Below are positions 50,327-59,294 of a stretch of 64,000 nucleotides of DNA, in pieces. Both the position numbers and the translations under genes were made by a program. The notes under the pieces were generated by a model. The model was not told the origin of the DNA. It did no database searches and was given only the letters and a program-made list of their open reading frames with translations. Position 1 is the first letter of the stretch. The number at the start of each line of letters is the position of its first letter. Source of the stretch: Planctomycetota bacterium (GTDB lineage: Bacteria; Planctomycetota; UBA8108; SXIK01); contig OZ244999.1 of the NCBI GenBank assembly GCA_965223265.1, positions 3,424,001 to 3,488,000 of the forward strand, given 5' to 3'.

Positions 50327-51319
50327 ATGGAATACAGACGCTTAGGTGCGAGCGGTCTTCTCGTCTCTCCGGTCTGCTTGGGCACGATGACGTTCGGCAC
50401 GCCGGTGGGGGAGGACGATGCGGTCCGCCTCGTGCATGCCGCAATCGATCTCGGTATCAACTTCGTCGACACGGCGAATGTCTACGAAGGCTACACGAGA
50501 TACCTCGGCAGCGACGGTGGCGTTGCCGAGGAGATCGTCGGCCGGGCGCTCGAGGGACGGCGTGAGAAGGTCGTGCTGGCAACGAAGGTCGGTGCGCCCC
50601 TGGGACCCGGACCGCAGGACCGCGGCCTGTCGGCAACTCACATCCTGCGTGAGGTCGACTGCAGTCTGCAGCGCCTGAAGACGGACTACATCGATCTCTA
50701 TATCATTCATTGGCCGGACTGCGAAGTGGCGCTCGAGACGACGCTCAAGGCTGTCGACGTGGCTGTGCGCCAAGGCAAAGTGCGCTGCTTTGGAGCTTCC
50801 AATCACTCCGCAGCTGAGCTGTGCGAGTTTCTGTGGCTCGCCGACAAGACCGCTGGCCCGCGGGTCGTCTCGTCGCAGATACCGTACAGTCTGATGCGAA
50901 GGGAGTTTCATGGCGACTTGGCATTCTGCGCTCGCCACGACATTGCGGTGACTCCGTATCAGCCTCTCCAGGGGGGCCTTCTAACGGGCAAGTACCGCCG
51001 GCACGCCGCACCGCCGGCCGACTCACGCGCGGCCGAAAAGCCGGACTGGATTTGGCAGCTCGACGAGCAGAAATACGACCAACTCGAGGCGCTCGAAGCG
51101 CTCGCCAACGAGCTTGGCGTATCGATGACGGAGTATGCCCTGGCGTGGACCCTGACGCAGCCAGCGATGGCCTCCGTGGTTGTCGGCGCGAAACGCGTCG
51201 AACAGATCGCGGAGGCTGTAAGAGCTGCTGAGGTCGAGATCCCGACTGCGCACGCCGGGAAAATCGACACGATCTTCCCACCGCCGTGGCGACAGATGGA
51301 TCCGCTGCGGGGGATGTGA
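50327..51319 (+). CDS. Aldo/keto reductase
   Basis: LGTMTFG, DTANVY, LATK, SLQRLKTDYIDLYIIHWPD, GGLLTGKY. Confidence 0.95.
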   Translation: MEYRRLGASGLLVSPVCLGTMTFGTPVGEDDAVRLVHAAIDLGINFVDTANVYEGYTRYLGSDGGVAEEIVGRALEGRREKVVLATKVGAPLGPGPQDRGLSATHILREVDCSLQRLKTDYIDLYIIHWPDCEVALETTLKAVDVAVRQGKVRCFGASNHSAAELCEFLWLADKTAGPRVVSSQIPYSLMRREFHGDLAFCARHDIAVTPYQPLQGGLLTGKYRRHAAPPADSRAAEKPDWIWQLDEQKYDQLEALEALANELGVSMTEYALAWTLTQPAMASVVVGAKRVEQIAEAVRAAEVEIPTAHAGKIDTIFPPPWRQMDPLRGM

Positions 51320-51347
51320 AGCGCTCGCATCAGCCAGTGGTCGCTCT

Positions 51348-51674
51348 CTAATCCTGCACGGACCGCTCGATCGCTCGACGAAGTTCGTTGGGGTCGGCGA
51401 CGGCAAGCTCTATCCTGTGTTCGCCGAGAATCGAGCGTAGTTCCTCGATCGTCTGACTGGAACGTTCCAGCGCATCGTCAACTGTTTCACAATCACGTCT
51501 AGCCATGGCGACGTAGAGCGTCTCGTTCTTTCTCGCAATCGGAAGCACTCCCTTATCGAGGGCGACCTGCCTGGGCACTATATCGACAAACTCTGCCGGA
51601 ATAGATGCCTTCGACAAGTTTGCGAAGGGAGCGTCCAGTGTCAATGCGAGGTATCTCGGGTCGTCTGGATCCAT
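51348..51674 (-). CDS. Stand-alone GspE/PilB N-terminal (T2SSE_N)-like domain
   Basis: LA..L..PF..L......VP...A....VLPI......LYVAM...I....A...ELRRAIER pattern. Confidence 0.6.
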   Translation of the reverse strand: MDPDDPRYLALTLDAPFANLSKASIPAEFVDIVPRQVALDKGVLPIARKNETLYVAMARRDCETVDDALERSSQTIEELRSILGEHRIELAVADPNELRRAIERSVQD

Positions 51675-51850
51675 ATCCGGAGTTTAGAGCGAGATCGTCG
51701 TTTTCTCACATCGACTCGAATCGTTTTCGACGCCGTTTCATCACGCTTGTCAGAATCAACGGCGAGTCTGCCGTCGACCAAGTTACGTCTTTGCCTGAAG
51801 GCGTCTCGTGTAGGAAAAGGTATGTTCGAGAACCTGCAGCTCGCGATGAG

Positions 51851-52017
51851 CTAGCAGCCTGTTGAAAAAGTGCTTCGAGCCGAAAACTGGTCTCTTCGCG
51901 TCCAGATCGGCCGCGGCAAACGCAGGTAATCTCCGAGATTTTCGAGTATTGACGCGGTCGAGCTGGGCGTGAAGAGGCCGGTTTCTCGGCCGAATGACTT
52001 TTTCAACGGGCTGCTAG
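51851..52017 (+). mobile_element. MITE-A copy 3
   Basis: CTAG-CAGCCTGTTGAAAAAGT...ACTTTTTCAACGGGCTG-CTAG, with CTAG at both ends. Confidence 0.9.
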
Positions 52018-53466
52018 CTCGAGTTTGGCCATGGAATAGGCCGGTAAAGAAAGACACCTCCGCTACCGATAACGAAGTTGCAAAACACTATTATCGGACG
52101 GAGGTGAAGAGTGTCTCCAGTATCGTCGTTTCTGTCCCTCTTGGCCAGCTTTGCTCCACTGATGACGCCGTCGAGTTTTGAGAACTTCCAGTTGCTCGCC
52201 GGTGGCTGGGTCCTGAGCACGCGACGAAGGACGGTTACCGAGCTCATTCAGCGTGTAGGTGTGGTAGAACTGAAAAGCTACTCGACGTTCCATCGATTTT
52301 TCAATCGCGCACAGTGGTCGATCGACGAAGTTGGCCGCTTGGTACTGTCGCTCGCGCTGCGTCTGATTCCACCGGGTGGAGTTGTCCGCCTCGTCGTCGA
52401 CGACACGCTTTGCAAAAAAGGCGGGCAGCACATCTTCGGCAGTGGTATGCACCGTGATGCTTTGGCGTCGACTCGTAAGCTCGCGAGACTGAGCTGGGGC
52501 CACAACTGGGTGGTCGTCGGCGTGATCGTCGAGTTCCCGTTCGCGCGTGGAATCTCGTGGTGTCTTCCGATCGCGTTTCGACTCTACGTCACCAAGACGA
52601 GACCGAAGAGCCAGCGGTGGCGTGAAGAGACCGTCTATCGCACACGTCCCGAGCTCGCAGTGGAGATGCTCGAGATGATCGCCAAATGGCACCCAAATAG
52701 GCGTTTCCTGCTGGTTGGCGATTCGGCGTATGGCGGTGGTTCGGTGTTGAGAAATCTTCCCGAGCGGTTTCACCTCACCAGCCGCATCGTCATGGATGCC
52801 GCGCTCTTTGCTCCGCCGCCACGGCGCTATGCGGGTACGGGGCGTCCACGGCGAAGAGGAAAGCGTCTGCCGAGTCCTAAACAGATCGCGTCTTCGAGAA
52901 GGCCATGGAAAAAGCTGAATCTTCGACTCTACGGGGCGAAGCGTCGCGTTCTCGTCAAAGAGACCGAAGGCCTCTGGCTCAAGAGCGACTACCGCCCCAT
53001 CAAGGTCGTCGTGGTGCGCGACCCTCGTGGTGTGAACAAAGACGAAGCGTTCTATTCCACCGACACCAAGGCGTCCGCAACGACCATTCTTCAGACCTAC
53101 TCGCGACGATGGAGCATCGAGGTCGCATTCGAAAACGCCAAGGGGCACTTCGGCTTTGAAGATCCACAGAATCGAACCGTCGAAGCCGTGCAACGCACGG
53201 CGCCTTTCGGTGCGTTGTTGTACAGCATGGTGATTCTTTGGTTCAACGCCCACGGTCATAAGAAATGTCGATTCCCAAATCGCCCTTGGTATGAACGTAA
53301 GTGCTTTGCTTCGTTTAAAGATATGGTCGATACGCTACGAGCCGAATCACTCCACGAGCACTTTCGACGCACCCCGGCTTCTGTTCGGGGGCGACAAAAG
53401 ACCCTTCAGGCTGCGTTCGCAGCATTGGGGCTCGTTGCATGACCAGAATCCATGGCCAAACTCGAG
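52018..53466 (+). mobile_element. IS701-family insertion sequence, 1449 bp
   Basis: 18-bp perfect TIR CTCGAGTTTGGCCATGGA; 5-bp TSD GCTAG (52013-17 / 53467-71); one transposase ORF. Confidence 0.92.
52111..53442 (+). CDS. IS701-family DDE transposase
   Basis: VVDDTLCKK, WGHNWVV, LPIAFRLY, GDSAYG, YSRRWSIEVAF. Confidence 0.9.
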   Translation: MSPVSSFLSLLASFAPLMTPSSFENFQLLAGGWVLSTRRRTVTELIQRVGVVELKSYSTFHRFFNRAQWSIDEVGRLVLSLALRLIPPGGVVRLVVDDTLCKKGGQHIFGSGMHRDALASTRKLARLSWGHNWVVVGVIVEFPFARGISWCLPIAFRLYVTKTRPKSQRWREETVYRTRPELAVEMLEMIAKWHPNRRFLLVGDSAYGGGSVLRNLPERFHLTSRIVMDAALFAPPPRRYAGTGRPRRRGKRLPSPKQIASSRRPWKKLNLRLYGAKRRVLVKETEGLWLKSDYRPIKVVVVRDPRGVNKDEAFYSTDTKASATTILQTYSRRWSIEVAFENAKGHFGFEDPQNRTVEAVQRTAPFGALLYSMVILWFNAHGHKKCRFPNRPWYERKCFASFKDMVDTLRAESLHEHFRRTPASVRGRQKTLQAAFAALGLVA

Positions 53467-53479
53467 GCTAGACCAATAG

Positions 53480-54982
53480 CTAACCGATCACCTTCTCCAT
53501 CACCTCGCCGCCCTGATCGGTGAGGCGGAAGTCGAGCCCCTTGAAGCGATAGGTCAGACGCAGGTGATCAAGACCGAGGAGGTGCAGCATGGTAGCGTGG
53601 AAATCGTTGACGTGCATGGAGTCTTCGATGGGACGAAACCCGAGTTCATCGGTCTGGCCGACGACCGTACCGCCTCGGACGCCGCCCCCGGCCATCCAAG
53701 TTGAAAACGCGTAGCGGTGGTGATCGCGGCCGGCTCCCGGACCCGGCTCGGAGTTTTGCGTCATCGGCGTGCGGCCGAACTCGGTGCCCCAAATCACCAG
53801 CGTCTCGTCGAGAAGCCCGCGCTCCTTGAGGTCGCGCAGTAGCGCCCCGATGGGCTGGTCGACGACGTGGCAGTTGGTCCGCACGCCGCCCTCGACCGCA
53901 GCGTGGTGGTCCCAGCGACGATGGAAGATACTGACGAAGCGGACGCCACGCTCGACCAAGCGGCGGGCAAGAACGCAGTTGACCGCGAAACTGTTGGCTT
54001 CCGCGCCGTCGCGTCCCACACCATAAGACTCGAGAGTGCGCTGCGACTCGCGACGAAAATCGACAAGCTCCGGCGCGGCCATCTGCATACGAAATGCAAG
54101 CTCGTAGGCGTCGATTCGATTCTGGATGCTCGGGTCGAGCACGGTTTCGAGACGCTGACGGTTGAGATCGCGCAGAGCGTCTAGCTGCGAGCGCTGCGCC
54201 TCGAGAGTCACACCCGGCGGACTGGCCAGATTGAGAACCGGTTCGCCTCGACTGCGAAAGAGGACGCCCGCGTGCTGCGTCGGCAGGAAACCGCTCCCCC
54301 AGGCGAGACCGCGGCTGACGGGGCCGCGCCCGGTCATGAGAACGACGTACGCCGGTAGATTTTCGGCTTCGCTACCTAGACCGTAGGAGATCCACGCGCC
54401 CGCGCTCGGTCGTCCGGGAGAGTCTTCGCCGGTGCTGAAGAGGATCTCGGCCGGTCCGTGATCGAAGGAATCCGTGTGGAGAGAACGAAGAACGGCGATA
54501 TCGTCTGCCATCGAGCCCACGTGCGGCAGCAGCGAGCTCATCTCAAGACCGCTCTGTCCATAGCGACGAAAAGGAAAACGGCTGCCCATCAGCTTCGCGG
54601 ACTCGGGTTTGACGAACGCGAAAAGCTCTTTCTTGTTGAACGACTCCGGAATGCCTTTGCCCGTCAACTCAGTGAGCTTGGGTTTAGGGTCGAACAGCTC
54701 GATTTGGCTCGTACCACCGGCAAGGTAGATAAAAATGGCGCGCTTCGCCGTGGGTGGAAAGTGCGCGCCCTGTCGATCAGCTGGAGTTGTCGACGCAGGC
54801 GGTTCCGTTTCAGCGGTCGGATCTGCTTCGGCGGGCGCCGCGATCGCCTCTCCCGTGAGCAGCGAGCCAAGCGCGGCCGCGCCAAGGCCACTGGTGGCGC
54901 TGGTGAGAAAAGCACGTCGGTCCTGCTCCTGCTCAGATCGCAGGCTCACGCCCGGCCCTTGGTTTCGGTTCTCACGTCGCAT
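53480..54982 (-). CDS. DUF1501 family protein (Tat)
   Basis: RRAFL; GGTSQIELFDPKP, ARRLVERGVRFV, WDHH, TEFGRTP, GRDHH. Confidence 0.92.
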   Translation of the reverse strand: MRRENRNQGPGVSLRSEQEQDRRAFLTSATSGLGAAALGSLLTGEAIAAPAEADPTAETEPPASTTPADRQGAHFPPTAKRAIFIYLAGGTSQIELFDPKPKLTELTGKGIPESFNKKELFAFVKPESAKLMGSRFPFRRYGQSGLEMSSLLPHVGSMADDIAVLRSLHTDSFDHGPAEILFSTGEDSPGRPSAGAWISYGLGSEAENLPAYVVLMTGRGPVSRGLAWGSGFLPTQHAGVLFRSRGEPVLNLASPPGVTLEAQRSQLDALRDLNRQRLETVLDPSIQNRIDAYELAFRMQMAAPELVDFRRESQRTLESYGVGRDGAEANSFAVNCVLARRLVERGVRFVSIFHRRWDHHAAVEGGVRTNCHVVDQPIGALLRDLKERGLLDETLVIWGTEFGRTPMTQNSEPGPGAGRDHHRYAFSTWMAGGGVRGGTVVGQTDELGFRPIEDSMHVNDFHATMLHLLGLDHLRLTYRFKGLDFRLTDQGGEVMEKVIG

Positions 54983-54983
54983 C

Positions 54984-57053
54984 TCACTCTCGTGTGATGA
55001 ATTCTTCCACGTTGATGAGCGTCCTGGCAACCACCAGCCACGCTGCGCTCTCGGCAACGTCGATGCCTTCGGCACCTGAGGCGCCGACGAACAGCTGAGC
55101 TGCGTCGCGCTCCGCATTGTACAGCGTTCGCTGCGTCGCGAAGAGCTGCGAAATTGTGTTCAATTCACCGGTCGATGGCTGCCGTGCTAAGCAGCGTTGG
55201 AACGCCTGACGAATTCTCTGGTCGATCGAATCCGACTCGCCAGCCAGGCGGCGGCCCAGCTCGCGCGCGCACTCCAAGAAGGCGCGTTCATTCAGCAGCG
55301 TTAACGCTTGGAGCGGCGTCACGGAACGTTCCCGCTTGGTGCATGGAACGTTCGGATCGGCGACGTCAAACGTTCGCAGCGACGGGTAGAGAAAGGTTCG
55401 CTGTACGTTGACGTAAAGGCCGCGCCGGTAGCGCTCGTCGCTTTGATCCTCCTCACGAAAGTTCTCGTTCTTCAGCTCTCGAACTTCGGTCAAGCCGCTG
55501 GGCAGCGGTGGCTGCACACTTGGCCCGCCAATGCTTCGCACAAGGAGCTGGCTAGCGCCGAGTGCTAGGTCACGGACAACCTCGGCTTCGACCACGACAC
55601 GATTCTGCCTCGCGAGGAGACGATTTTCAGGGTCTCGCACCCGGAGCTCGGGTCGACCACGAGACGACTGCTGGTAGGTAGACGACAGAACGATCCGGCG
55701 GATGAGCGCTTTCCGTTGCCAGCCACTGTGTAGCAGCTCCGCCGCCAACCAGTCGAGAAGAAGAGGGTGGCTGGGCGGTTCGCCCTTGATCCCGAAGTCT
55801 TCCGGGGTCGGGACCAAACCACGGCCGAAGAGGTGCTGCCAAACTCGGTTGGCGACCACGCGCGCTGTCAAGGGGTTGGTGGGTGACACGATCCATCGAG
55901 CGAGATCGAGACGGTCGGCGGCAGAGCCGCGCACGGCAAGCGGCGGCAGGAAACGTGGCGTCCGGGCGCTGACATTCTCGCCGCGATCGCGAAAATCGCC
56001 ACGCTCGTGCACGTAGCTCTGTCGCGGCACCGACGCAGAGATGAGAGTCAGCGCCTTGGTACTGGGGGGCTTGGGGATGTTGTTGAGGTTGTCGAAGCCG
56101 CCTTTCGCGTTTTTCTTCGCGACGGCGTAGGTGTCCCAGAAGCGCGCAGGTAAAGATGGGGCGTCGATGTCGAATTCTTCGGTCTGATCGTAGAATGCGT
56201 AGAGCTCGTAGTATTCTCGTTGGTTGAGGGGATCGTATTTGTGCGCGTGGCATTCAGCGCAGCCGACGGTGAGCCCGAGCCACACCGTTCCAGTCGTGCC
56301 GATCCGGTCCTTTACTGTCTTGACTCGATACTCTTCGTCGACGTTGCCGGCGCCGGCTTCGTTCGACGGCGTCATGCGGTGAAACCCAGTTGCGACGCGT
56401 TGCGCGTACGTCGGCGCGGGTAGAAGGTCCCCGGCAATCTGCTCAACGGTGAACTGATCGAATGGTTGGTCATGGTTAAAAGAGGAGACGACCCAGTCAC
56501 GGAAACGCCACGCGTCCGGGCGATACTGATCGTCCTCGTACCCGTTACTGTCAGCGTAGCGCGCCAGGTCCAGCCAGTGACGTCCCCACCGTTCGCCAAA
56601 ATGAGGGGATGCGAGAATGAGGTCGACGAGTTTTTCCACGGCCCATGGCGACGCGTCGCTGGCGAACGAGGTGACGACCTCTGGTGGCGGCAGGAGCCCG
56701 AGAAGATCGAGGTAGAGACGCCGACACAGCGTGACGCGGTCGGCCGCTTCGGCGAGCGCCAAACCGTGCGTCTCTAGTCGAGCCATGACGAACGCGTCGA
56801 TCGGCTGGGCTACGCTCTTGGCGCTGGCGATCCGTGGTGCTTCGGGTCTCCGAAGCGGCCGGTAGGACCAATGGTTCGACGCGTCGCCGGCCGAATCGTT
56901 GGCCGCGCTAGTCTCGGCGCGTAGGCTCAGACCGCCGGTGCCGCGGCGCTCCTCGCCAAGGTCGCCAGCTCCGGCGACGACCAGCGCGAGCCCAAGTGCG
57001 GCGAACGCTAACCTAAAATGGTGCCTTTGGTGCGGTCTCAAGCGAGGATCCAC
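54984..57053 (-). CDS. DUF1549/DUF1553 (PSD1) planctomycete protein
   Basis: GERWGRHWLDLARYADS, CAECHAHKYDP, TARVVANRVW, PSHPLLLDWLA, TPLQALTLLN. Confidence 0.92.
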   Translation of the reverse strand: MDPRLRPHQRHHFRLAFAALGLALVVAGAGDLGEERRGTGGLSLRAETSAANDSAGDASNHWSYRPLRRPEAPRIASAKSVAQPIDAFVMARLETHGLALAEAADRVTLCRRLYLDLLGLLPPPEVVTSFASDASPWAVEKLVDLILASPHFGERWGRHWLDLARYADSNGYEDDQYRPDAWRFRDWVVSSFNHDQPFDQFTVEQIAGDLLPAPTYAQRVATGFHRMTPSNEAGAGNVDEEYRVKTVKDRIGTTGTVWLGLTVGCAECHAHKYDPLNQREYYELYAFYDQTEEFDIDAPSLPARFWDTYAVAKKNAKGGFDNLNNIPKPPSTKALTLISASVPRQSYVHERGDFRDRGENVSARTPRFLPPLAVRGSAADRLDLARWIVSPTNPLTARVVANRVWQHLFGRGLVPTPEDFGIKGEPPSHPLLLDWLAAELLHSGWQRKALIRRIVLSSTYQQSSRGRPELRVRDPENRLLARQNRVVVEAEVVRDLALGASQLLVRSIGGPSVQPPLPSGLTEVRELKNENFREEDQSDERYRRGLYVNVQRTFLYPSLRTFDVADPNVPCTKRERSVTPLQALTLLNERAFLECARELGRRLAGESDSIDQRIRQAFQRCLARQPSTGELNTISQLFATQRTLYNAERDAAQLFVGASGAEGIDVAESAAWLVVARTLINVEEFITRE

Positions 57054-57466
57054 GGGTCGACTCAGGGCTGGCCGCGACGGATTCGGACCGGGTTCAGCCG
57101 GCCCACAATCCCTATCGTAGCCGAAAGCGAAAACATGCGAAACAGAGGGGCGCCCAACGGGCCCTCAAATGTGAGCCCCAAGAGCGGCGGGCTCGCCGCT
57201 CTTCGCTGGGGTCGACGATAGTGTCCGAAACCGCAACAATTTCGTCAACGTCTTGGCGTTCGGGCCGTGTTCGGTTTGGGGCGGTTATCGCCACGTTCCA
57301 CGTTTCACAGGTTGAGCGAGGCTGCCGTCGTCTCACATCATTTGCTACAATTCTTTCCTAATGCCGCCTTTCAATTCGTTCGACCCAGAAGACGAACCGA
57401 ACGAGTGATCGGCCCGGCTGCGATCACAAACTTGGGGTTTCGCATCAGCAAACGGGAGGAAGATTC

Positions 57467-59083
57467 ATGTCTCACCGGCGGACCAGATTTGCGCTCTTTT
57501 GCTTGATTCTCTTTAGCGCCTCCACGCTATGCCAGAGTGGGTTCGCCGACCACCACGAAGCGATGAAGTTCGCTCGCGTGCGTGCTGGGAGCGAGATCTT
57601 TCATGCCCTGGTCGAAGGTGATCGTGCAACGAGGCTTTCAGGCGACCTCTTCGGAGCGTGGACGAAGACCGATGATTCGTACGCTCTCAGCGATGTAGAG
57701 ATCTTGGTACCGACAACGCCATCGAAGGTGTTCGCTCTAGCCGGAAACTATCTCGACCACCTTGGCGACCAGGCACCGCCAGCGACGCCGGAACCTTTTT
57801 TTAAGCTGCCGACCTCGCTTCTGAAACACGAAGGTCTCGTCGTGCAGCCCCCGGACACCGAGGCCGTTCACTACGAGGCGGAAGTGGTGATCGTGATTGG
57901 CAAGCGCGCACGCAACGTCAGCGTTGATGATGCGATGAGCTACGTGTTGGGAATCACTTGCGGCAACGACATCAGTGCGCGCGTGTGGCAGCGCGGTGAC
58001 ACACAATGGTGGCGCGGCAAAGGCAGCGACACTTTCGGGCCGTGTGGGCCATTCGTCGTCACCGGCATCGACTTCAGCAACCTCGACGTGACCCTTCGCG
58101 TCAATGGCGAAGTGCGGCAGAAGACGAATACAGCGAACATGATTCATTCGCTCGCTGATGCCGTGAGCTTCATCAGCCAACACGTCACCCTCGAGCCGGG
58201 GGATCTCATCTACACCGGGACCCCAGGAAAGACTCTGGGGATGCAGCCAGGCGACGTCGTCGAGGTTGAGATCGAAAAGGTTGGGGTGCTTCGCAATCGC
58301 ATCGTGGCGGCTCGACCGCAGGAGCCGGTTCGCTTTGCACGCTTCCGCGTCGGGTCGAAGGTCGCGTATGGTGTTGTCGATTGGTACCGCATTCGGGAAA
58401 TCGACGGGACACCTTTCGGCGACTGGAAAGAGACCGGCCAGACGTACGCTCTGCACGAAGTCGAAGTACTCGTGCCGACAACCCCCTCGAAAGTTTTCGC
58501 GCTCGCCGGTAACTATCGTGACCATTTGGGCGACAGCCCAGTGCCGGTGCACCCGGAACCGTTCATCAAGGCTCCGTCCTGTCTGCAGCGCCATGAAGGC
58601 CCCGTCGTGCAGCCAAAGAACGCTGAACCCGTGCACTACGAGGCAGAAGTCGTGGTCGTTATCGGCAAGGAGGCAAGAAACGTGCACGCTGACGACGCCA
58701 TGGACTACGTCCTCGGCATCACGTGCGGCAATGATATCAGCGCACGTGCGTGGCAGCAGAAGGACGTCCAATGGTGGCGTGCCAAGGCAAGCGACACGTT
58801 TGGGCCATGCGGTCCGTACATCACTTCGGGTATCGACTTTGGCAACCTCGAAATGGTGCTACGAGTCAATGGCGAGGTGCGTCAGCGAACAAACACCCGC
58901 AACATGATTCACGGCATCGCCGAGGCGGTGAGTTTCATCAGTCGACATGCCACGCTCAAACCTGGCGACTTGATCTTCACCGGGACGCCAGGGAAAACTC
59001 GAGGCATGAAAATCGGCGACGTTGTCGAGGTCGAAATTGAGGGCGTCGGCGTCCTGCGCAACACGGTCGTGCCAGCAGAGTGA
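57467..59083 (+). CDS. Tandem-duplicated fumarylacetoacetate hydrolase family protein with signal peptide
   Basis: Two copies of AGNY.DH, VHYEAEV, CGNDISAR.WQ, K.SDTFGPCGP and PGDLI.TGTP. Confidence 0.9.
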   Translation: MSHRRTRFALFCLILFSASTLCQSGFADHHEAMKFARVRAGSEIFHALVEGDRATRLSGDLFGAWTKTDDSYALSDVEILVPTTPSKVFALAGNYLDHLGDQAPPATPEPFFKLPTSLLKHEGLVVQPPDTEAVHYEAEVVIVIGKRARNVSVDDAMSYVLGITCGNDISARVWQRGDTQWWRGKGSDTFGPCGPFVVTGIDFSNLDVTLRVNGEVRQKTNTANMIHSLADAVSFISQHVTLEPGDLIYTGTPGKTLGMQPGDVVEVEIEKVGVLRNRIVAARPQEPVRFARFRVGSKVAYGVVDWYRIREIDGTPFGDWKETGQTYALHEVEVLVPTTPSKVFALAGNYRDHLGDSPVPVHPEPFIKAPSCLQRHEGPVVQPKNAEPVHYEAEVVVVIGKEARNVHADDAMDYVLGITCGNDISARAWQQKDVQWWRAKASDTFGPCGPYITSGIDFGNLEMVLRVNGEVRQRTNTRNMIHGIAEAVSFISRHATLKPGDLIFTGTPGKTRGMKIGDVVEVEIEGVGVLRNTVVPAE

Positions 59084-59107
59084 GAAGAACGACCGTCGGT
59101 CGAGCTG

Positions 59108-59294
59108 TTAACAGCCCGCCTGAAAAAGTCATTCGGCTGAGAAATCGGCCTCTTCACGCCCGGATCAGCCGCGGCGAGCCTCGCCGTGTATATCTTTATA
59201 GAAGAGGGCTCGGAGATTACTTGCGTTCGCCCGGCTGATATGGACGCGAAGCGACCAGTTTTCAGCTCAATCACTTTTTCAACAGGCTGGTTAA
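59108..59294 (-). mobile_element. MITE-A copy 4 (inverted, more diverged)
   Basis: TTAA-CAGCCCGCCTGAAAAAGTCATTCGGC...CACTTTTTCAACAGGCTG-G-TTAA; reverse complement of copies 1-3. Confidence 0.8.
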
